Counted from the first letter of the stretch, positions 28,525 through 39,325 are shown. The stretch is 55,353 nt of DNA from Elusimicrobiota bacterium (GCA_043827405.1 JBDRPD010000052.1:1-55353), one strand, 5' to 3'. Notes: generated by a model from the sequence alone, not told the origin. Numbers and translations are program-made.

Positions 28525-29916
28525 ATGGAGCCGATGACTCCGCCCCCGCCGCCAAGCGGCGGCTCAGACCGTGATCCCATCGATCTGCCCGGAGCGGGCG
28601 GAGCATCCGCGCCGCCACCCAGCCAGCCCGCGACGACGGCGCTCAATACCGCCTATATCCCGGAACCCGTCGACGAGGATGGCCCGCCGCCGGAGCCCGT
28701 CCAGTACGGGCCGCCGCCCGAGCTCATGGAGACGCTGGAAGCCACGCTGAAGGCTGCTTTCATGCCCACCAGCGCCTTCACGGACCTGCGCGACCGCGAG
28801 CCCGCGGATTTCTTCACGTCGCTGCTCAACGCGATGCTGTGGAGCATGGGGGGAATGCTCATCTTCCTCGTCCTAACCTTCATGGTGCATCCCTCAACCG
28901 TGGGCCTTGGGCTCCTGCCTACGTTGATCACGCTGGTATCCGGCCTGCTGGCAGCCGCCGTGCTGAGCTTTCTCTGCGCCGGCATTCTGCACGGCCTGGC
29001 GATGGCGGCCGGCGGCAAGGGCGGCTACGCGCGCAGCTATCAGACCGTCTCGCTGCTAAGCGGCATCCTCCCGCTGACCGCGATCATCCTGTACCTGCCG
29101 GTTCCGCTCGCCTGGCTGGTGCCCACGATATATCTCACCTTTCTCAGCATGCGCGGCGTCGAGCTGATGCACCGCTGCTACAGCATGGCGGTCATATCCA
29201 CCGTGGGGCTGTGCGGGCTGATTCTTACCGGGCTGCAGTTCGCCGCGCACAAGAAGGTCGAGAACTTTCAGCGCGACCTGGTAACCCGCGCCACCATCTA
29301 CACGACCACCGCGGATGATCCCGCGGCGCAGGACGCCGACGGCTCCTCCTCCGCCGCCATGCCCAAACCCCAGTGGCAGCGGCCGCAGGCGCCCGACGCC
29401 CGGATGCCGTCATCCACGGACATGCAGGTGGGGCGTCCGTTCGGAGCGGCGACGGGTCCCGGCATGGGAACGGGGCAGCCGCTGCCGGGCGCGCCGGCGC
29501 CGAGCGGAAGCCTGGGCATGATCCGGACCAACCGCGACGCCGCACCCGGCGGCCAGCCCATGACCAGCGCCGCGCCGGGCATGATGCTTGATCCCGGCAG
29601 CGGCGCCGCCGCCAATCCGCAGTCGATGGCGCAGACGGTGCTCAACATGCTCAACCAGCAGATGCGCAACAATCCCGAAATGCTCAAGCAGATGACCCCC
29701 GAGCAGCGCGCCAAGTTCTCACAGCTGCTCAACAATGCCAACACCCGGATAAAGCAGAAGGGCGCCACGGGCCTGACGGATGCGGATACGCAGCAGATGA
29801 TGCAGAGTTTGGCGCAGGAAAGCAAAACCCCGCAGCGCAAGAGCCGCAGCCGGAGCAAAAAACGCAGCCGCCAGGCGCCCAGCATCCCCGTCGACGACGA
29901 CCCCTTCACGCAATAA
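28525..29916 (+). CDS. Yip1-domain membrane protein with disordered termini
   Basis: Five TM helices with ILHGLAMAAGGKGGYARSY (Yip1-like); Pro-rich N-terminus; Met/Gln-rich helical C-terminus. Confidence 0.7.
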   Translation: MEPMTPPPPPSGGSDRDPIDLPGAGGASAPPPSQPATTALNTAYIPEPVDEDGPPPEPVQYGPPPELMETLEATLKAAFMPTSAFTDLRDREPADFFTSLLNAMLWSMGGMLIFLVLTFMVHPSTVGLGLLPTLITLVSGLLAAAVLSFLCAGILHGLAMAAGGKGGYARSYQTVSLLSGILPLTAIILYLPVPLAWLVPTIYLTFLSMRGVELMHRCYSMAVISTVGLCGLILTGLQFAAHKKVENFQRDLVTRATIYTTTADDPAAQDADGSSSAAMPKPQWQRPQAPDARMPSSTDMQVGRPFGAATGPGMGTGQPLPGAPAPSGSLGMIRTNRDAAPGGQPMTSAAPGMMLDPGSGAAANPQSMAQTVLNMLNQQMRNNPEMLKQMTPEQRAKFSQLLNNANTRIKQKGATGLTDADTQQMMQSLAQESKTPQRKSRSRSKKRSRQAPSIPVDDDPFTQ

Positions 29917-29922
29917 TATATT

Positions 29923-30044
29923 TGGTACCGGTTATTAACATTAACTTTCGCATGATTTATCAATTTCGTAGACAAATCCTCCCGTCAGCAGTAATATGGT
30001 TATCCGTCTTAAGCAGCAAAAGTTAATGTTAATAACCGGTACCA
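29923..30044. mobile_element. 122-bp AT-rich element with perfect 26-bp inverted repeats (MITE or invertible promoter)
   Basis: TGGTACCGGTTATTAACATTAACTTT (29923-29948) is the exact reverse complement of 30019-30044; internal TAGACA-N17-TAATAT. The repeat is certain; the functional class is not. Confidence 0.7.
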
Positions 30045-30045
30045 T

Positions 30046-30945
30046 ATGAGGATGGGACAGAAGACGCTGCCGCCTTGGCTGAAGGTCCGCCTGCCACACG
30101 GGGAGGCGTACCGCCGCGTGCGCGGCGAGGCGCGCGGCGATGAGCTCCATACCGTCTGCGAGGAGGCCCGTTGCCCGAATCTGGCGGAATGCTGGGGCGG
30201 CGGCACCGCGACCTTCATGGTCCTCGGCGAGACCTGCACCCGCGGCTGCCGCTTCTGCTCGGTCGCGACCGCCCGCCGGCCGGCGCCGCCCGACCCCGAA
30301 GAGCCGGCGCGCCTGGCCCGCACCATAGAGCGGCTCAAGCTGAAGTACGCCGTCATCACGACCGTCTGCCGCGATGACCTGCCGGACCAGGGCGCGGGAC
30401 ATATCGCCGCCTGCGTCGCCGCGCTCAGAAAGCGCTGCCCCGAGCTGCTTTGCGAATTTTTGCTGCAGGATTTCCGCGGCGACAAGGACTGCCTGCGCAC
30501 CGTCGCCGGCGCCGCGCCCGACGTCCTGGGACACAACATCGAGACCGTCGAGCGCCTGACGCATCCGGTGCGCGACGCCAAGGCGGGCTACCGGCAGTCG
30601 CTCGAGGTCCTCGCGGAGCTCAAACGCCTCGCGCCGCGGCGTCTTACCAAGTCCTCGCTCCAGCTCGGGCTGGGCGAACGGGACGCGGAGGTCCGGGACG
30701 CCCTGCGTCACCTGCGGGAGGCCGGCGTGGACATCGTCACCCTGGGACAGTATCTGCGGCCGTCGCAGCAGCCGCGCCATCTGCCGGTCGCGCAATACGT
30801 CCATCCGGAGCGCTTTGCGGAATGGGAACAGGCCGCTAGGGACCTGGGCTTTCGCCATGCCGCAGCGGGGCCGCTCGTGCGCAGCTCCTACCGCGCGGGC
30901 GAGCTGTTTGTCGCCGGACACTTGAGGGAACAATGTACTCAGTAA
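30046..30945 (+). CDS. lipA: Lipoyl synthase
   Basis: CEEARCPNLAEC, CTRGCRFC, GQYLRPS, VRSSY. Confidence 0.95.
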   Translation: MRMGQKTLPPWLKVRLPHGEAYRRVRGEARGDELHTVCEEARCPNLAECWGGGTATFMVLGETCTRGCRFCSVATARRPAPPDPEEPARLARTIERLKLKYAVITTVCRDDLPDQGAGHIAACVAALRKRCPELLCEFLLQDFRGDKDCLRTVAGAAPDVLGHNIETVERLTHPVRDAKAGYRQSLEVLAELKRLAPRRLTKSSLQLGLGERDAEVRDALRHLREAGVDIVTLGQYLRPSQQPRHLPVAQYVHPERFAEWEQAARDLGFRHAAAGPLVRSSYRAGELFVAGHLREQCTQ

Positions 30946-31337
30946 CCAAAAAGCTGACTTTTTGCTACGGCCACCGGCTGTTGAACTACGACGGCAAGTG
31001 CCGCCACCTGCACGGCCATAACGGCCTGCTCGAGCTGGTGCTGGCGAAGCCCGAGCTCGACGAGCTGGGGATGGTCATGGACTTCGTCGACATCAAGTCC
31101 GCGGTCAAGAAATGGATCGACGATGAGCTCGACCACAAGATGATTCTCAACGAGCAGGACCCGCTAGCCGCCGAGCTCAAGAAGCATCAGCAACCCTGCG
31201 TTTTGCTCCCGGGCAATCCCACAGCCGAGGCGATCGCGCGCCACATCTTCGAACACTGCCGGGCGGTCAAGCTGCCGGTCAAGCGGGTGCGCCTGTGGGA
31301 AACGCCGGACTCCTGCGCCGAATACGGAACGGACTGA
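30933..31337 (+). CDS. queD: 6-carboxytetrahydropterin synthase
   Basis: CRHLHGHN, GMVMDF, LDHKMILN, NPTAEAIA, WETP. Confidence 0.9.
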   Translation: MYSVTKKLTFCYGHRLLNYDGKCRHLHGHNGLLELVLAKPELDELGMVMDFVDIKSAVKKWIDDELDHKMILNEQDPLAAELKKHQQPCVLLPGNPTAEAIARHIFEHCRAVKLPVKRVRLWETPDSCAEYGTD

Positions 31338-31340
31338 AGT

Positions 31341-32651
31341 CTAAAGCCGGTTCGTCCTGGCCACCTCGGCGTAATACTCTGCGCCGGAAGCCGGCGTACG
31401 CGCCAAGCCGTTGTCCCGGTCGACGCTGAACAGCCCGAACTTCGGCCGATAGCTGCCCCATTCGTAATTGTCGATCAGGCTCCAGTGCAGATAGCCTTCG
31501 ACATCTACCCCGGACGCCAGCGCCCGGCCGAGCGCCGCAAGGTGGCTCTTGAGGTAGTCTTCGCGCCCGTGAGCCGTCGTCGACGCCAGGCCGTTCTCGG
31601 TGATCAGGATCGGGAGCTTGTAGGCGTCCCAGCAGCGCTTGACGACGCGCTCCAACCCCTCGGGGACGATCTCCCATCCCATATCGGTGCGCGGGCGGTC
31701 GCCGCGCCGGCCGCCGAGCCAGCGGAACAGCCGGGGACCGAGGAGCTCTTCCACTTCGGCGTAGCCGGGCATGGTCCCCAGCGGGACGAACGGCAGCCGC
31801 GACGCGGCGACGTAGATGCGGGTATAGTAATTGATGCCCAGGAAATCGAGCGTCGCGTCATGGTGCAGAAGGTCCAGGAGCCGGGCGTGCATGAAGCGTT
31901 CCCAAACCTTGACCGCATCGCGGTCCTCCTTGCGGTCGCCGGCCGGCTCGAGGTCGCCGATATGCTGGGCGATCGAGACCCGGGCCTCCGGGACTTCGCG
32001 GTGAATGATGCGGTACGCCTCCTTGTGTGCGCGCGCGACCCGGCCGACGAGTCCGCCGCCGCCGTAGTTCCCGTAGAAGGTCCGCTGCAGCGACAGCAGG
32101 CTCCGCCGTCCGGGCGGGAACTGTCCGATGCCGTAGCCGGCCAGCAGCCAGACGAGCGGCTCATTGAAGGTGAGCCAGTCGCGCACCTCGCCGCCCATAT
32201 ACGTCACGACCTTGTCGACGAAACGGATGAAGAGCTCGGCCGCCGGCGCCAGCGCGCCGCGGCCCGCCGCCGCGGGAGTAAGCCAGCCGTCCGGCACCTG
32301 AGCGAACAGCCAGGCGGGCTCGGAGAAATGGTGCAGGCAGACAATGGGGCGAATGCCCTCGTCTTTGAGGGCGCGGACCATCTCGCGATAGCGCGCGAGC
32401 GCGCGCTCGTCGAACTCGCCGGGCCGCGGCTCGATGCGCGACCACTCGACCGAGAAGCGGTAGGCCTTGAGGTTGAGCCGCTTGAGACAGGCGACGTCGT
32501 CGCGCCAGCGCTCCCAGGAACCCGCGGCGGCGCCCGAGCGCTCCCAACCCTTGCGGCGTTCCCAGTCCCACAACGCGGAATGCTCATTGCCGCCTTCGAT
32601 CTGATAGGCGGCAGTCGACGCGCCCCAAATGAAACCGGTGGGAAATTTCAT
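31341..32651 (-). CDS. Glycoside hydrolase family 1
   Basis: FIWGASTAAYQIEG, YRFSVEWSRI, TFNEP, ITENG, WSLIDNYEW. Confidence 0.93.
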   Translation of the reverse strand: MKFPTGFIWGASTAAYQIEGGNEHSALWDWERRKGWERSGAAAGSWERWRDDVACLKRLNLKAYRFSVEWSRIEPRPGEFDERALARYREMVRALKDEGIRPIVCLHHFSEPAWLFAQVPDGWLTPAAAGRGALAPAAELFIRFVDKVVTYMGGEVRDWLTFNEPLVWLLAGYGIGQFPPGRRSLLSLQRTFYGNYGGGGLVGRVARAHKEAYRIIHREVPEARVSIAQHIGDLEPAGDRKEDRDAVKVWERFMHARLLDLLHHDATLDFLGINYYTRIYVAASRLPFVPLGTMPGYAEVEELLGPRLFRWLGGRRGDRPRTDMGWEIVPEGLERVVKRCWDAYKLPILITENGLASTTAHGREDYLKSHLAALGRALASGVDVEGYLHWSLIDNYEWGSYRPKFGLFSVDRDNGLARTPASGAEYYAEVARTNRL

Positions 32652-32694
32652 ATACTCAACCCGTCGTCAAATCCATTTCTGCGAGTATCATACC

Positions 32695-33630
32695 ATGCCC
32701 GAAACACGAAAAGTCGTCATCATCGGCTCCGGCTCGGCCGGCTACACCGCGGCGATCTACACCGCCCGCGCCAATCTCAACCCACTGATCTACTCCGGGA
32801 TATTGAAGGGCGGCCAGCTGATGATTACGACCGACGTCGAGAATTTTCCGGGCTTCCCGGAGCCGGTCATGGGACCCGAGCTCATGGAGCGCATGGAAAA
32901 GCAGGTCCGCCGGCTCGGCGTCGAGATCGTGCAGGAGAACGTCGCCAAGCTGGACCTGTCGAAGCGCCCGTTCGCCGTTGAGACGACCGAAGGCAAAGCG
33001 GTCCTCGCCGAAACGGTGATCATCGCGACCGGCGCCGAGGCCAAATGGCTCGGCATCGAGTCCGAGAAAAGGCTCAGGGGGAAAGGCGTTTCCGCCTGCG
33101 CGACCTGCGACGGCTTCTTCTTTAAGGGCAAGGAGCTCGCGCTGATCGGCGGCGGCGACACCGCGGTGGAAGAAGCGAACTTCCTCACCAACTTCGCGGC
33201 CAAAGTCACGATCGTACATCGCCGGGACGAGCTGCGGGCCTCGAAGATCATGCAGGAGCGTGCCCGGAAGAACCCCAAGATCGAATTTGCCTGGGACAGC
33301 GTGGTCGAGGAGATCAGCGGCGCGGAGAAGGTCAGCGGCGTCAAGCTCAAGAACGTCAAGACGGGCGCCGTCAGCGAGCTCGCCTGCGACGGCGTCTTCA
33401 TCGCGATCGGACACAAGCCCAACACCGAACTGGTGAAAGGCCAGCTGGAGCTCGACGCGGCGGGCTACCTGCTCACCGACGAACGCGGCCGCACCAAGAT
33501 CGCAGGGGTTTTCGCGGCGGGCGACGTAATGGACTCCCGCTACCGTCAGGCGGTCACCGCCGCCGGCGCGGGCTGCCGGGCGGCGCTCGAAGCGGAACGC
33601 TTTCTGGGCGAGCAGGGCTCAGCGGCGTAG
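32695..33630 (+). CDS. trxB: Thioredoxin-disulfide reductase
   Basis: GGQLMITTDVENFPG, CATCDG, GGGDTAVEEA, QAVTAAG. Confidence 0.96.
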   Translation: MPETRKVVIIGSGSAGYTAAIYTARANLNPLIYSGILKGGQLMITTDVENFPGFPEPVMGPELMERMEKQVRRLGVEIVQENVAKLDLSKRPFAVETTEGKAVLAETVIIATGAEAKWLGIESEKRLRGKGVSACATCDGFFFKGKELALIGGGDTAVEEANFLTNFAAKVTIVHRRDELRASKIMQERARKNPKIEFAWDSVVEEISGAEKVSGVKLKNVKTGAVSELACDGVFIAIGHKPNTELVKGQLELDAAGYLLTDERGRTKIAGVFAAGDVMDSRYRQAVTAAGAGCRAALEAERFLGEQGSAA

Positions 33631-35109
33631 AAAGCCCAAGGCGCGCAGTTCGGCCGCAGTCTTGCGCTGACATTCGACGAACAGCCGCCACGCCTTGAGC
33701 AGAGCGTCCGCCTCTTGCGCCGGCATCGCGGGACGAAATTCCCGGTCCCGCCCTCCGCCGCATAGACGCTCGGCCCACGGCAGCCCGGCTTCCTGCGCCG
33801 CCATGGACGCGACGCCCAGGGCCGTGGCCTCCTGTTCCCGCAGGCGCACGATCGGCTGGCGCAGCATATCGGCCTGAAACTGCAGCAGATAATGGATGCT
33901 CGCCAGCCCGCCGGAAGCGCGCAGCGAACGGACCTCGATCCCCTTGGTGCGGATCGCGTCGACGATATCGGCGATAAAAAAAGCCAGCGACTCGGTCACG
34001 CCGCGCACCACATCCTCCGGCCGCGTATTGGAGTCGAGCCCCATAAGGACCGTCGGCGTATCGTAGTCCCAGCGCGGCGCGCCGAGCCCGCCGATCGCCT
34101 GCAGCGCGAAGATGCGCTGCGTGGAACGCCGGCAGGCCGCGTCCACCGCGCGCACATCCGGGAGCAGGCCCAGGTTATCCTTCAGCCAGCCGTACGAAGT
34201 ACCCGCCGCATGCACCGTCCCTTCCAGGAAATAGCTGCGCCGTCGGCCGCCCCGCTGCCAGGCCACCGAGGTAAGAATCCCGGGAATATGATGCAGGCGC
34301 TCTCCCGTATGCAGCAGGAAGAAAGCGCCGGTCCCGTAGTTGAGCACGCCGCTGCCGGAAACGCCGCCGCCCTGGCCGTAAGCGGCCGACTGCTGATCGC
34401 CCATCACCGCCCCAAGGCGCAGAACCCGGCCCTTGCGCCGGATCGCGGCCCAGGGCCCCGTCGTCGGAACGATTTCGGGCAAGGCCTCGCGGGGAATGGC
34501 GAAGAGCGCCAGCAGGGTATCATCCCAGTCCCCGCTCTCGATATTGAACAGCAGCATGCGCTGCGCCATCGCCGGGTCGACGGCGAACACTTCACCCCGG
34601 GTCCACTTCCACAGCGCATAGGTCGTTATGGGGCCGATGCGCAGGCGTCCCTTGTCGGCCAGGGCGCGCAGCTTGGAATCGCGGTCCAGCGCCCAGCGGA
34701 TCTTCGGCGCCGAGTAATAGGGAGTGAGGTAGAGCCCGGTACGCCGGTGCACGTCATGCTGCCGGTCCATAAGGCCGGCGACGACGGAAGCCGCCCGGCC
34801 GTCCATCCAGGAAAACGCGGGCAGCAGCGGCCGGCCGGTCTTGGCGTCCCACAGGACGATCGTCGAGCGCTGCGCGGCGAAGCCGACCGCCGCGATCTCG
34901 GTCCGCGGTCCCAGCTCCGCCAGCACCTCATCGAGGGACGTCTCGAGCGTGCGCACCAGCGATTCGGGATCCTGCTCGACCCAGCCTGGCTTGGGAAAAC
35001 GCATTTTGACCGCACGCTGGGCCCGGGCGACCGCCTTGCCCCGGGAATCAAACGCCAGCACCCGCGAGCTTGAACTGCCCTGATCCAGCGAAACGACAAC
35101 CTGCTTCAC
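33619..35109 (-). CDS. glpK: FGGY-family kinase, glycerol kinase-like
   Basis: LDQGSSSSR, PGWVEQDP, GDQQSAAYG, NYGTGAF, GLGAPRWD; GTG start at 35109 overlaps the upstream stop. Confidence 0.8.
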   Translation of the reverse strand: MKQVVVSLDQGSSSSRVLAFDSRGKAVARAQRAVKMRFPKPGWVEQDPESLVRTLETSLDEVLAELGPRTEIAAVGFAAQRSTIVLWDAKTGRPLLPAFSWMDGRAASVVAGLMDRQHDVHRRTGLYLTPYYSAPKIRWALDRDSKLRALADKGRLRIGPITTYALWKWTRGEVFAVDPAMAQRMLLFNIESGDWDDTLLALFAIPREALPEIVPTTGPWAAIRRKGRVLRLGAVMGDQQSAAYGQGGGVSGSGVLNYGTGAFFLLHTGERLHHIPGILTSVAWQRGGRRRSYFLEGTVHAAGTSYGWLKDNLGLLPDVRAVDAACRRSTQRIFALQAIGGLGAPRWDYDTPTVLMGLDSNTRPEDVVRGVTESLAFFIADIVDAIRTKGIEVRSLRASGGLASIHYLLQFQADMLRQPIVRLREQEATALGVASMAAQEAGLPWAERLCGGGRDREFRPAMPAQEADALLKAWRLFVECQRKTAAELRALGFLRR

Positions 35110-36200
35110 TGCGCCCCCCATGACATGATCTGCAGCAGCCAGGTCCCGTAGGCCACCGCCAGGAGCAACGGCCGGACCCGGCGGTAGAGCGGGAACCGGA
35201 AGATTGTACACCATACGAGCAAGGCCGCGAAAACCGCCTCGGCGAGCGCGTACGGCCAGTTGTCGACGCCGGGAAAACCCGCGACCTGATGCACGACCCC
35301 GGCCAGCGCCGCCCACGGCAGCAGGTGGCGCAGCCATTTCACGAACCAGCCCCGCATCTCCAGCATAATTTCCAGGCCCAGCAGCAGCACATAGGCGGAA
35401 ACCCATATCACGGCCGGCCGGCCGTAGGACGCCCAGGCCTCCGGCGGAAGGAACAAGCCGCACAGCAGGAGGAACAGGGGGGGAATTCCCTCGACCTCCG
35501 GCCGCGGCCGCTGCGGCGCGCCGCGCAGCAGCCGGTCCAGCCGCTTATCCCGGCGCAGCGACGGCAGCAGCGACATATGGATGGTCGCGATGAGCCGCTC
35601 GACGATGCGCCGCTCGCGCCGCTTGTCCCGCCGCCACAGCGGCCGCTCGCTCGCGTCGATATAGATGGGGGGATGGAACACCACCCGGATCGGACCGGGC
35701 TTGGGCAGCAGATCGCCCTTGCGCCAGACACGCCGTCCGCCGATGATGGTCGCCGGAACGATCGGCGCACCGGTGATCAGCGCCAGCCGCGCGACGCCGG
35801 ACTTGAGCGGGTTCATCGGCGTCAGCCCCTTGGTGCGTCCGCCTTCCGGGAAGATGCCGAAAATCTTCCCGCCGCGCAGGATCTTGACGGCGGCTTCAAA
35901 GGACGCGCGGCCCGGCTTCTTCATGTCCACCGGGATCGCGCCGTAATGGCGCATCAGCATCCCCAGCAGCGGGACGCGAAACGGCTTCTCCCAAGCCATA
36001 AAGCATATCGCGCGGGTCAGCCCGACCATAAGAAACGCCCCGTCGAGGTAGGTCGGATGATTGGCGGCGATAATGGCGGGGCCGCTGCGCGGGACATGCG
36101 CCGCGCCTTCGACGCGGATATCGTGGTAGACGCCGAAGAGCCAGTGCGCCAGCGTCTGCAGCTGACGGTGCAGGAACGGAACGCGCTCCCCGCCCCTCAC
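35106..36200 (-). CDS. plsC: Lysophospholipid acyltransferase with C-terminal TM extension
   Basis: ANHPTYLD (NHx4D) and FPEGGRT motifs; hydrophobic C-terminal helices. Confidence 0.8.
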   Translation of the reverse strand: MRGGERVPFLHRQLQTLAHWLFGVYHDIRVEGAAHVPRSGPAIIAANHPTYLDGAFLMVGLTRAICFMAWEKPFRVPLLGMLMRHYGAIPVDMKKPGRASFEAAVKILRGGKIFGIFPEGGRTKGLTPMNPLKSGVARLALITGAPIVPATIIGGRRVWRKGDLLPKPGPIRVVFHPPIYIDASERPLWRRDKRRERRIVERLIATIHMSLLPSLRRDKRLDRLLRGAPQRPRPEVEGIPPLFLLLCGLFLPPEAWASYGRPAVIWVSAYVLLLGLEIMLEMRGWFVKWLRHLLPWAALAGVVHQVAGFPGVDNWPYALAEAVFAALLVWCTIFRFPLYRRVRPLLLAVAYGTWLLQIMSWGAQ

Positions 36201-36607
36201 TCGCCGATGATCTTGACGATCGCGCGCTTCTTGCGGTTGCCGTCAAACTCGGCGTAAAAGACCTGCTCCCAGGGGCCGAGATCCAGCTTCCCCTTGGTAA
36301 CGGGCAGGATCACCTGGTGGCCGGTGAGCGTCCGCTTGAGGTGGGCGTCGCCGTTGTCCTCGCCGGTGCGGTGATGCCGGTAATCCGCCGCGGGCGCGAG
36401 GCGTTCGGCCCAATCGGCGAAATCCTGCTTGAGCCCCGGCTCCTCGTCGTTGATCCAAATGCCGGCGGTAATATGCATGGCGCTGACCAGGCAGAAGCCC
36501 TCCTGGATTTTGCTCTTCGCTACCAGGCCCTCGATGCGCTCGGTGACATTGATCAGCTCGCGGCGATGCTTGGTCTCGAACCAGAGGTATTCGGTCAATG
36601 CTTTCAT
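36197..36607 (-). CDS. yjbQ: YjbQ family protein (UPF0047)
   Basis: [33 protein letters not shown]. Confidence 0.9.
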   Translation of the reverse strand: MKALTEYLWFETKHRRELINVTERIEGLVAKSKIQEGFCLVSAMHITAGIWINDEEPGLKQDFADWAERLAPAADYRHHRTGEDNGDAHLKRTLTGHQVILPVTKGKLDLGPWEQVFYAEFDGNRKKRAIVKIIGE

Positions 36608-37767
36608 CCTTCCTCCACCGCGACCTTCTTCACGCGCAGCGTTGATTGGACCGCCCGCTTGCCGAGCTTGCGCAGAGTGTCCTGCAGGTCGAGCGGCAAA
36701 TTGGGATCCTTCATCAGCTTCTGCACGGCCGGGGCCGACGGCGCGATGATGCGGTCCCAATAGCCGGCACGCTCGATCGCCGCCAGCACCTTCGACTTGT
36801 CCTTAAACTCCCAGCGCTCGTCGAAATGGACGCTGGCCTCGAAGCTGCTCCCGAGCACCCGGGAATCCTGCTCGCCCACAGCGTCCAGAATCTGCTGCTT
36901 CAGCTCGTCGGCCTTGGCTTCGCGCGTACGGATATCCTCCTTCATCTTGCCGTAGCGGTCCACCAGCTTCGACAGCCTCTTGTCGGACGCCATGAGCGGC
37001 AGCTGCTCGGCCGGCTTCGCCGCCGCCGCCGCCGCCGGATTGAAGACCGGACACATATCTTTATAGTCGCACCAGCCGCATTTGCGCTCATGCGGGAGCG
37101 GCTCAAACTGGTCGGCCAGGATCTTTTCCGCCACCGTCACGATCCGGTCGCGCAGGACCTTCACCTGGTCGGCGGAATGCCGCTGGGTAGCGACGGAGGT
37201 CTGGCTGTTAAGGTGGTAGAAGACGAGCTCGCCGACCGTCGCGCCCAGGACCTCCTCGCAGGCCAGCTGATACATCGTCAGCTGCGGGTCCTTCTTGACC
37301 CGCGCCAGCGGAATCTCCTTGCCCGTCTTGTAATCGATAATCGAGAGCGAGCCGTCGGGCAGCTTGTCGATGCGGTCTATAAAGCCGGTGACCTTGACCC
37401 CTGAGACCTCGAAGTTGAACGGGTATTCGGTGGAATACGGAAGGCGAAAGCCGTCGATGTGCTTGTGATAGTAATCCTCGATGATCCGGCGGCCCTTGGT
37501 TCGGTACTCGTCCTCCTGCGCCGCGCTGGCATAGCCCTCCGTGATCCAATTCTGCCGGTAGTACTCCAGCAGGTTGTCGAGGTCCGGCGGCGGAAGCTGC
37601 TCGACTTTATAGAAGTACTCCAGGACGTTGTGCAGGGTCTTGCCGAAGGAGAAGAAGTGCCTGGGTTTCTGCGGAATCTTTTCGATGTAGCGGAAATGCC
37701 ATTTGCGCGGACATTCCTCGTAGCAGCTGATCGAAGAATGGGAAAGCGGACGCGGCAGTTTATCCAT
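36604..37767 (-). CDS. PD-(D/E)XK nuclease (RecB/AddB/Cas4-like) with Fe-S cysteines
   Basis: [34 protein letters not shown]. Confidence 0.88.
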   Translation of the reverse strand: MDKLPRPLSHSSISCYEECPRKWHFRYIEKIPQKPRHFFSFGKTLHNVLEYFYKVEQLPPPDLDNLLEYYRQNWITEGYASAAQEDEYRTKGRRIIEDYYHKHIDGFRLPYSTEYPFNFEVSGVKVTGFIDRIDKLPDGSLSIIDYKTGKEIPLARVKKDPQLTMYQLACEEVLGATVGELVFYHLNSQTSVATQRHSADQVKVLRDRIVTVAEKILADQFEPLPHERKCGWCDYKDMCPVFNPAAAAAAKPAEQLPLMASDKRLSKLVDRYGKMKEDIRTREAKADELKQQILDAVGEQDSRVLGSSFEASVHFDERWEFKDKSKVLAAIERAGYWDRIIAPSAPAVQKLMKDPNLPLDLQDTLRKLGKRAVQSTLRVKKVAVEEG

Positions 37768-37798
37768 GCCCGGATTGTATCAAATGGCCCGGTCCCGG

Positions 37799-38632
37799 CT
37801 AGGTTCGCGTCTTGTACTTGGCGAGTTCGGTATTGGGATTCTCGCCCGTCGCTACGCCGATCGAGGTCTTGACGCGGCCGATGCCCGGGCAGTAGTAATC
37901 GAAAATCCAGGAAGGATAGTCCAGGGTCCGGCGCTTGATCTTGAGGCAGCCGTCATAGCGGCCCGCCTTCACCTGCACCGCGATGCCGGCGGCTTCAACG
38001 CTGAAGCGCTCCCGCTTCCCATCACGGATCACTTCCCACGAGCGTCCGGCATTCAGGGGGTACTTCAGAATCGGAGCGCTGACGCCGTCGATGGTCTCGT
38101 AAACGGACCAGCCCTCCTTGCGGTAGCTCCGCTTGTACTTGAGGATCATCTGCTCGCCGGCATACATTTCGCCGAGGATCAGGCCGCGCACGTTCGCGGT
38201 CGCGGCGTATACGCCGATGCGCAGGTGCATGTTCTTGCCGCCGCTCAGAGTATCGACGTAGGTCCACTCGGTGTCCTGGCGCAGGGGGAAGAAATCGGGA
38301 CAGGACAGCAGTCCGAGACGCGCCTGCTCCGCCATTTCCTTATCCTCAGGCGCCTTGCTGCGGGCGGCCGCCTCCAGCAGCGGCACGGCCTCCTCGCATC
38401 GCCCCAGCGACTCGGCGTAGATGCGGCCGGCGCGCCAGCTCACCTCCACCGCCCGCGGGTCGTCCGGATGCTTGCTGAGGAAGGACCGGTACTCCTCGAC
38501 CGCCCGGAAGTGCTGGCCGGTCCGCTCCAGGTGACGGCCCTGTTTGTAGTCGAGATCGGGCCCGCAGCCCGCGGCCAGCACGACCGCGGCGCCCAGGGCC
38601 GCGACCGGCATCAGCGGGAAAACGCGGCGCAT
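37799..38632 (-). CDS. TPR-containing lipoprotein
   Basis: Signal peptide ending AAGC; N-terminal TPR; C-terminal beta domain (VKAGRYDGC, YCPGIGRVK). Confidence 0.75.
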   Translation of the reverse strand: MRRVFPLMPVAALGAAVVLAAGCGPDLDYKQGRHLERTGQHFRAVEEYRSFLSKHPDDPRAVEVSWRAGRIYAESLGRCEEAVPLLEAAARSKAPEDKEMAEQARLGLLSCPDFFPLRQDTEWTYVDTLSGGKNMHLRIGVYAATANVRGLILGEMYAGEQMILKYKRSYRKEGWSVYETIDGVSAPILKYPLNAGRSWEVIRDGKRERFSVEAAGIAVQVKAGRYDGCLKIKRRTLDYPSWIFDYYCPGIGRVKTSIGVATGENPNTELAKYKTRT

Positions 38633-38650
38633 ACAGGCAGAGTATACCAA

Positions 38651-39325
38651 CTACAACAAGCCGTGTTCGCGGAAGCTGTAGTAGCGGTGCTCGGAAACGA
38701 CCACGTGATCCACCAGCGGGATGCCGAGGATGCCGCCGGCCTGGACCAGGCGCCGCGTGGCCGCGCGGTCCTCGCCGGACGGATGCGGATTGCCTGAGGG
38801 ATGGTTGTGGGCGACGAGCACCGCGGCGGCGCTGCGTTCGAGCGCCGGAGCGAACACTTCCCGCGGATGGACGAGGCTCGCCGTCAGCGTGCCGATCGAA
38901 ACAGTCTCCCGGTGCAGCAGGCCGTTGTCGGCGCTCAAATAGAAGGCAATAAAATGCTCTTTGCGTTGTCCCGCCAGGAAAGCGAGCTGATCGCGCACGC
39001 GCGCCGGTTCGTCGAGCCGCACCGCGGCGCGGGTACCCGTCCACCGCCGCATCAGCTCACAGGCGGCGGCCAGCGCACAAGCCCGCCCGAAGCCGATGCC
39101 CGCCTGCCGGCGCAGCCCCGCCAGCGGAAGCTCCGCCAGCGCGCCGTCCGGATGCCGCCGCAGGAGGTCCCGCGCGACTTCCAGAACGTCCTTACCCCGG
39201 CAGCCGGTCCCGAGCCAGGCGGCCAGGAGCTCGGCGTCGTCGAGCGCCGCCGCACCGCACCGCGCCAGCTTCTCGCGCGGCCGGTCCGCGCGATCCAGCG
39301 CGCGCAGGCTAGAATTCGCCTTCAC
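38651..39325 (-). CDS. radC: RadC family JAB-domain protein
   Basis: RPREKL, VHPREVF, AHNHPSG...SGED, DHVVV. Confidence 0.93.
   Translation of the reverse strand: MKANSSLRALDRADRPREKLARCGAAALDDAELLAAWLGTGCRGKDVLEVARDLLRRHPDGALAELPLAGLRRQAGIGFGRACALAAACELMRRWTGTRAAVRLDEPARVRDQLAFLAGQRKEHFIAFYLSADNGLLHRETVSIGTLTASLVHPREVFAPALERSAAAVLVAHNHPSGNPHPSGEDRAATRRLVQAGGILGIPLVDHVVVSEHRYYSFREHGLL

Noticed and set aside
35110..35463. N-terminal extension of the glpK-like ORF
   Set aside because: Overlaps plsC; the kinase motif LDQG begins just after GTG 35109.
36604..37767. Possible CRISPR-Cas locus suggested by the Cas4-like nuclease
   Set aside because: No repeat-spacer array and no other cas gene seen in the window.
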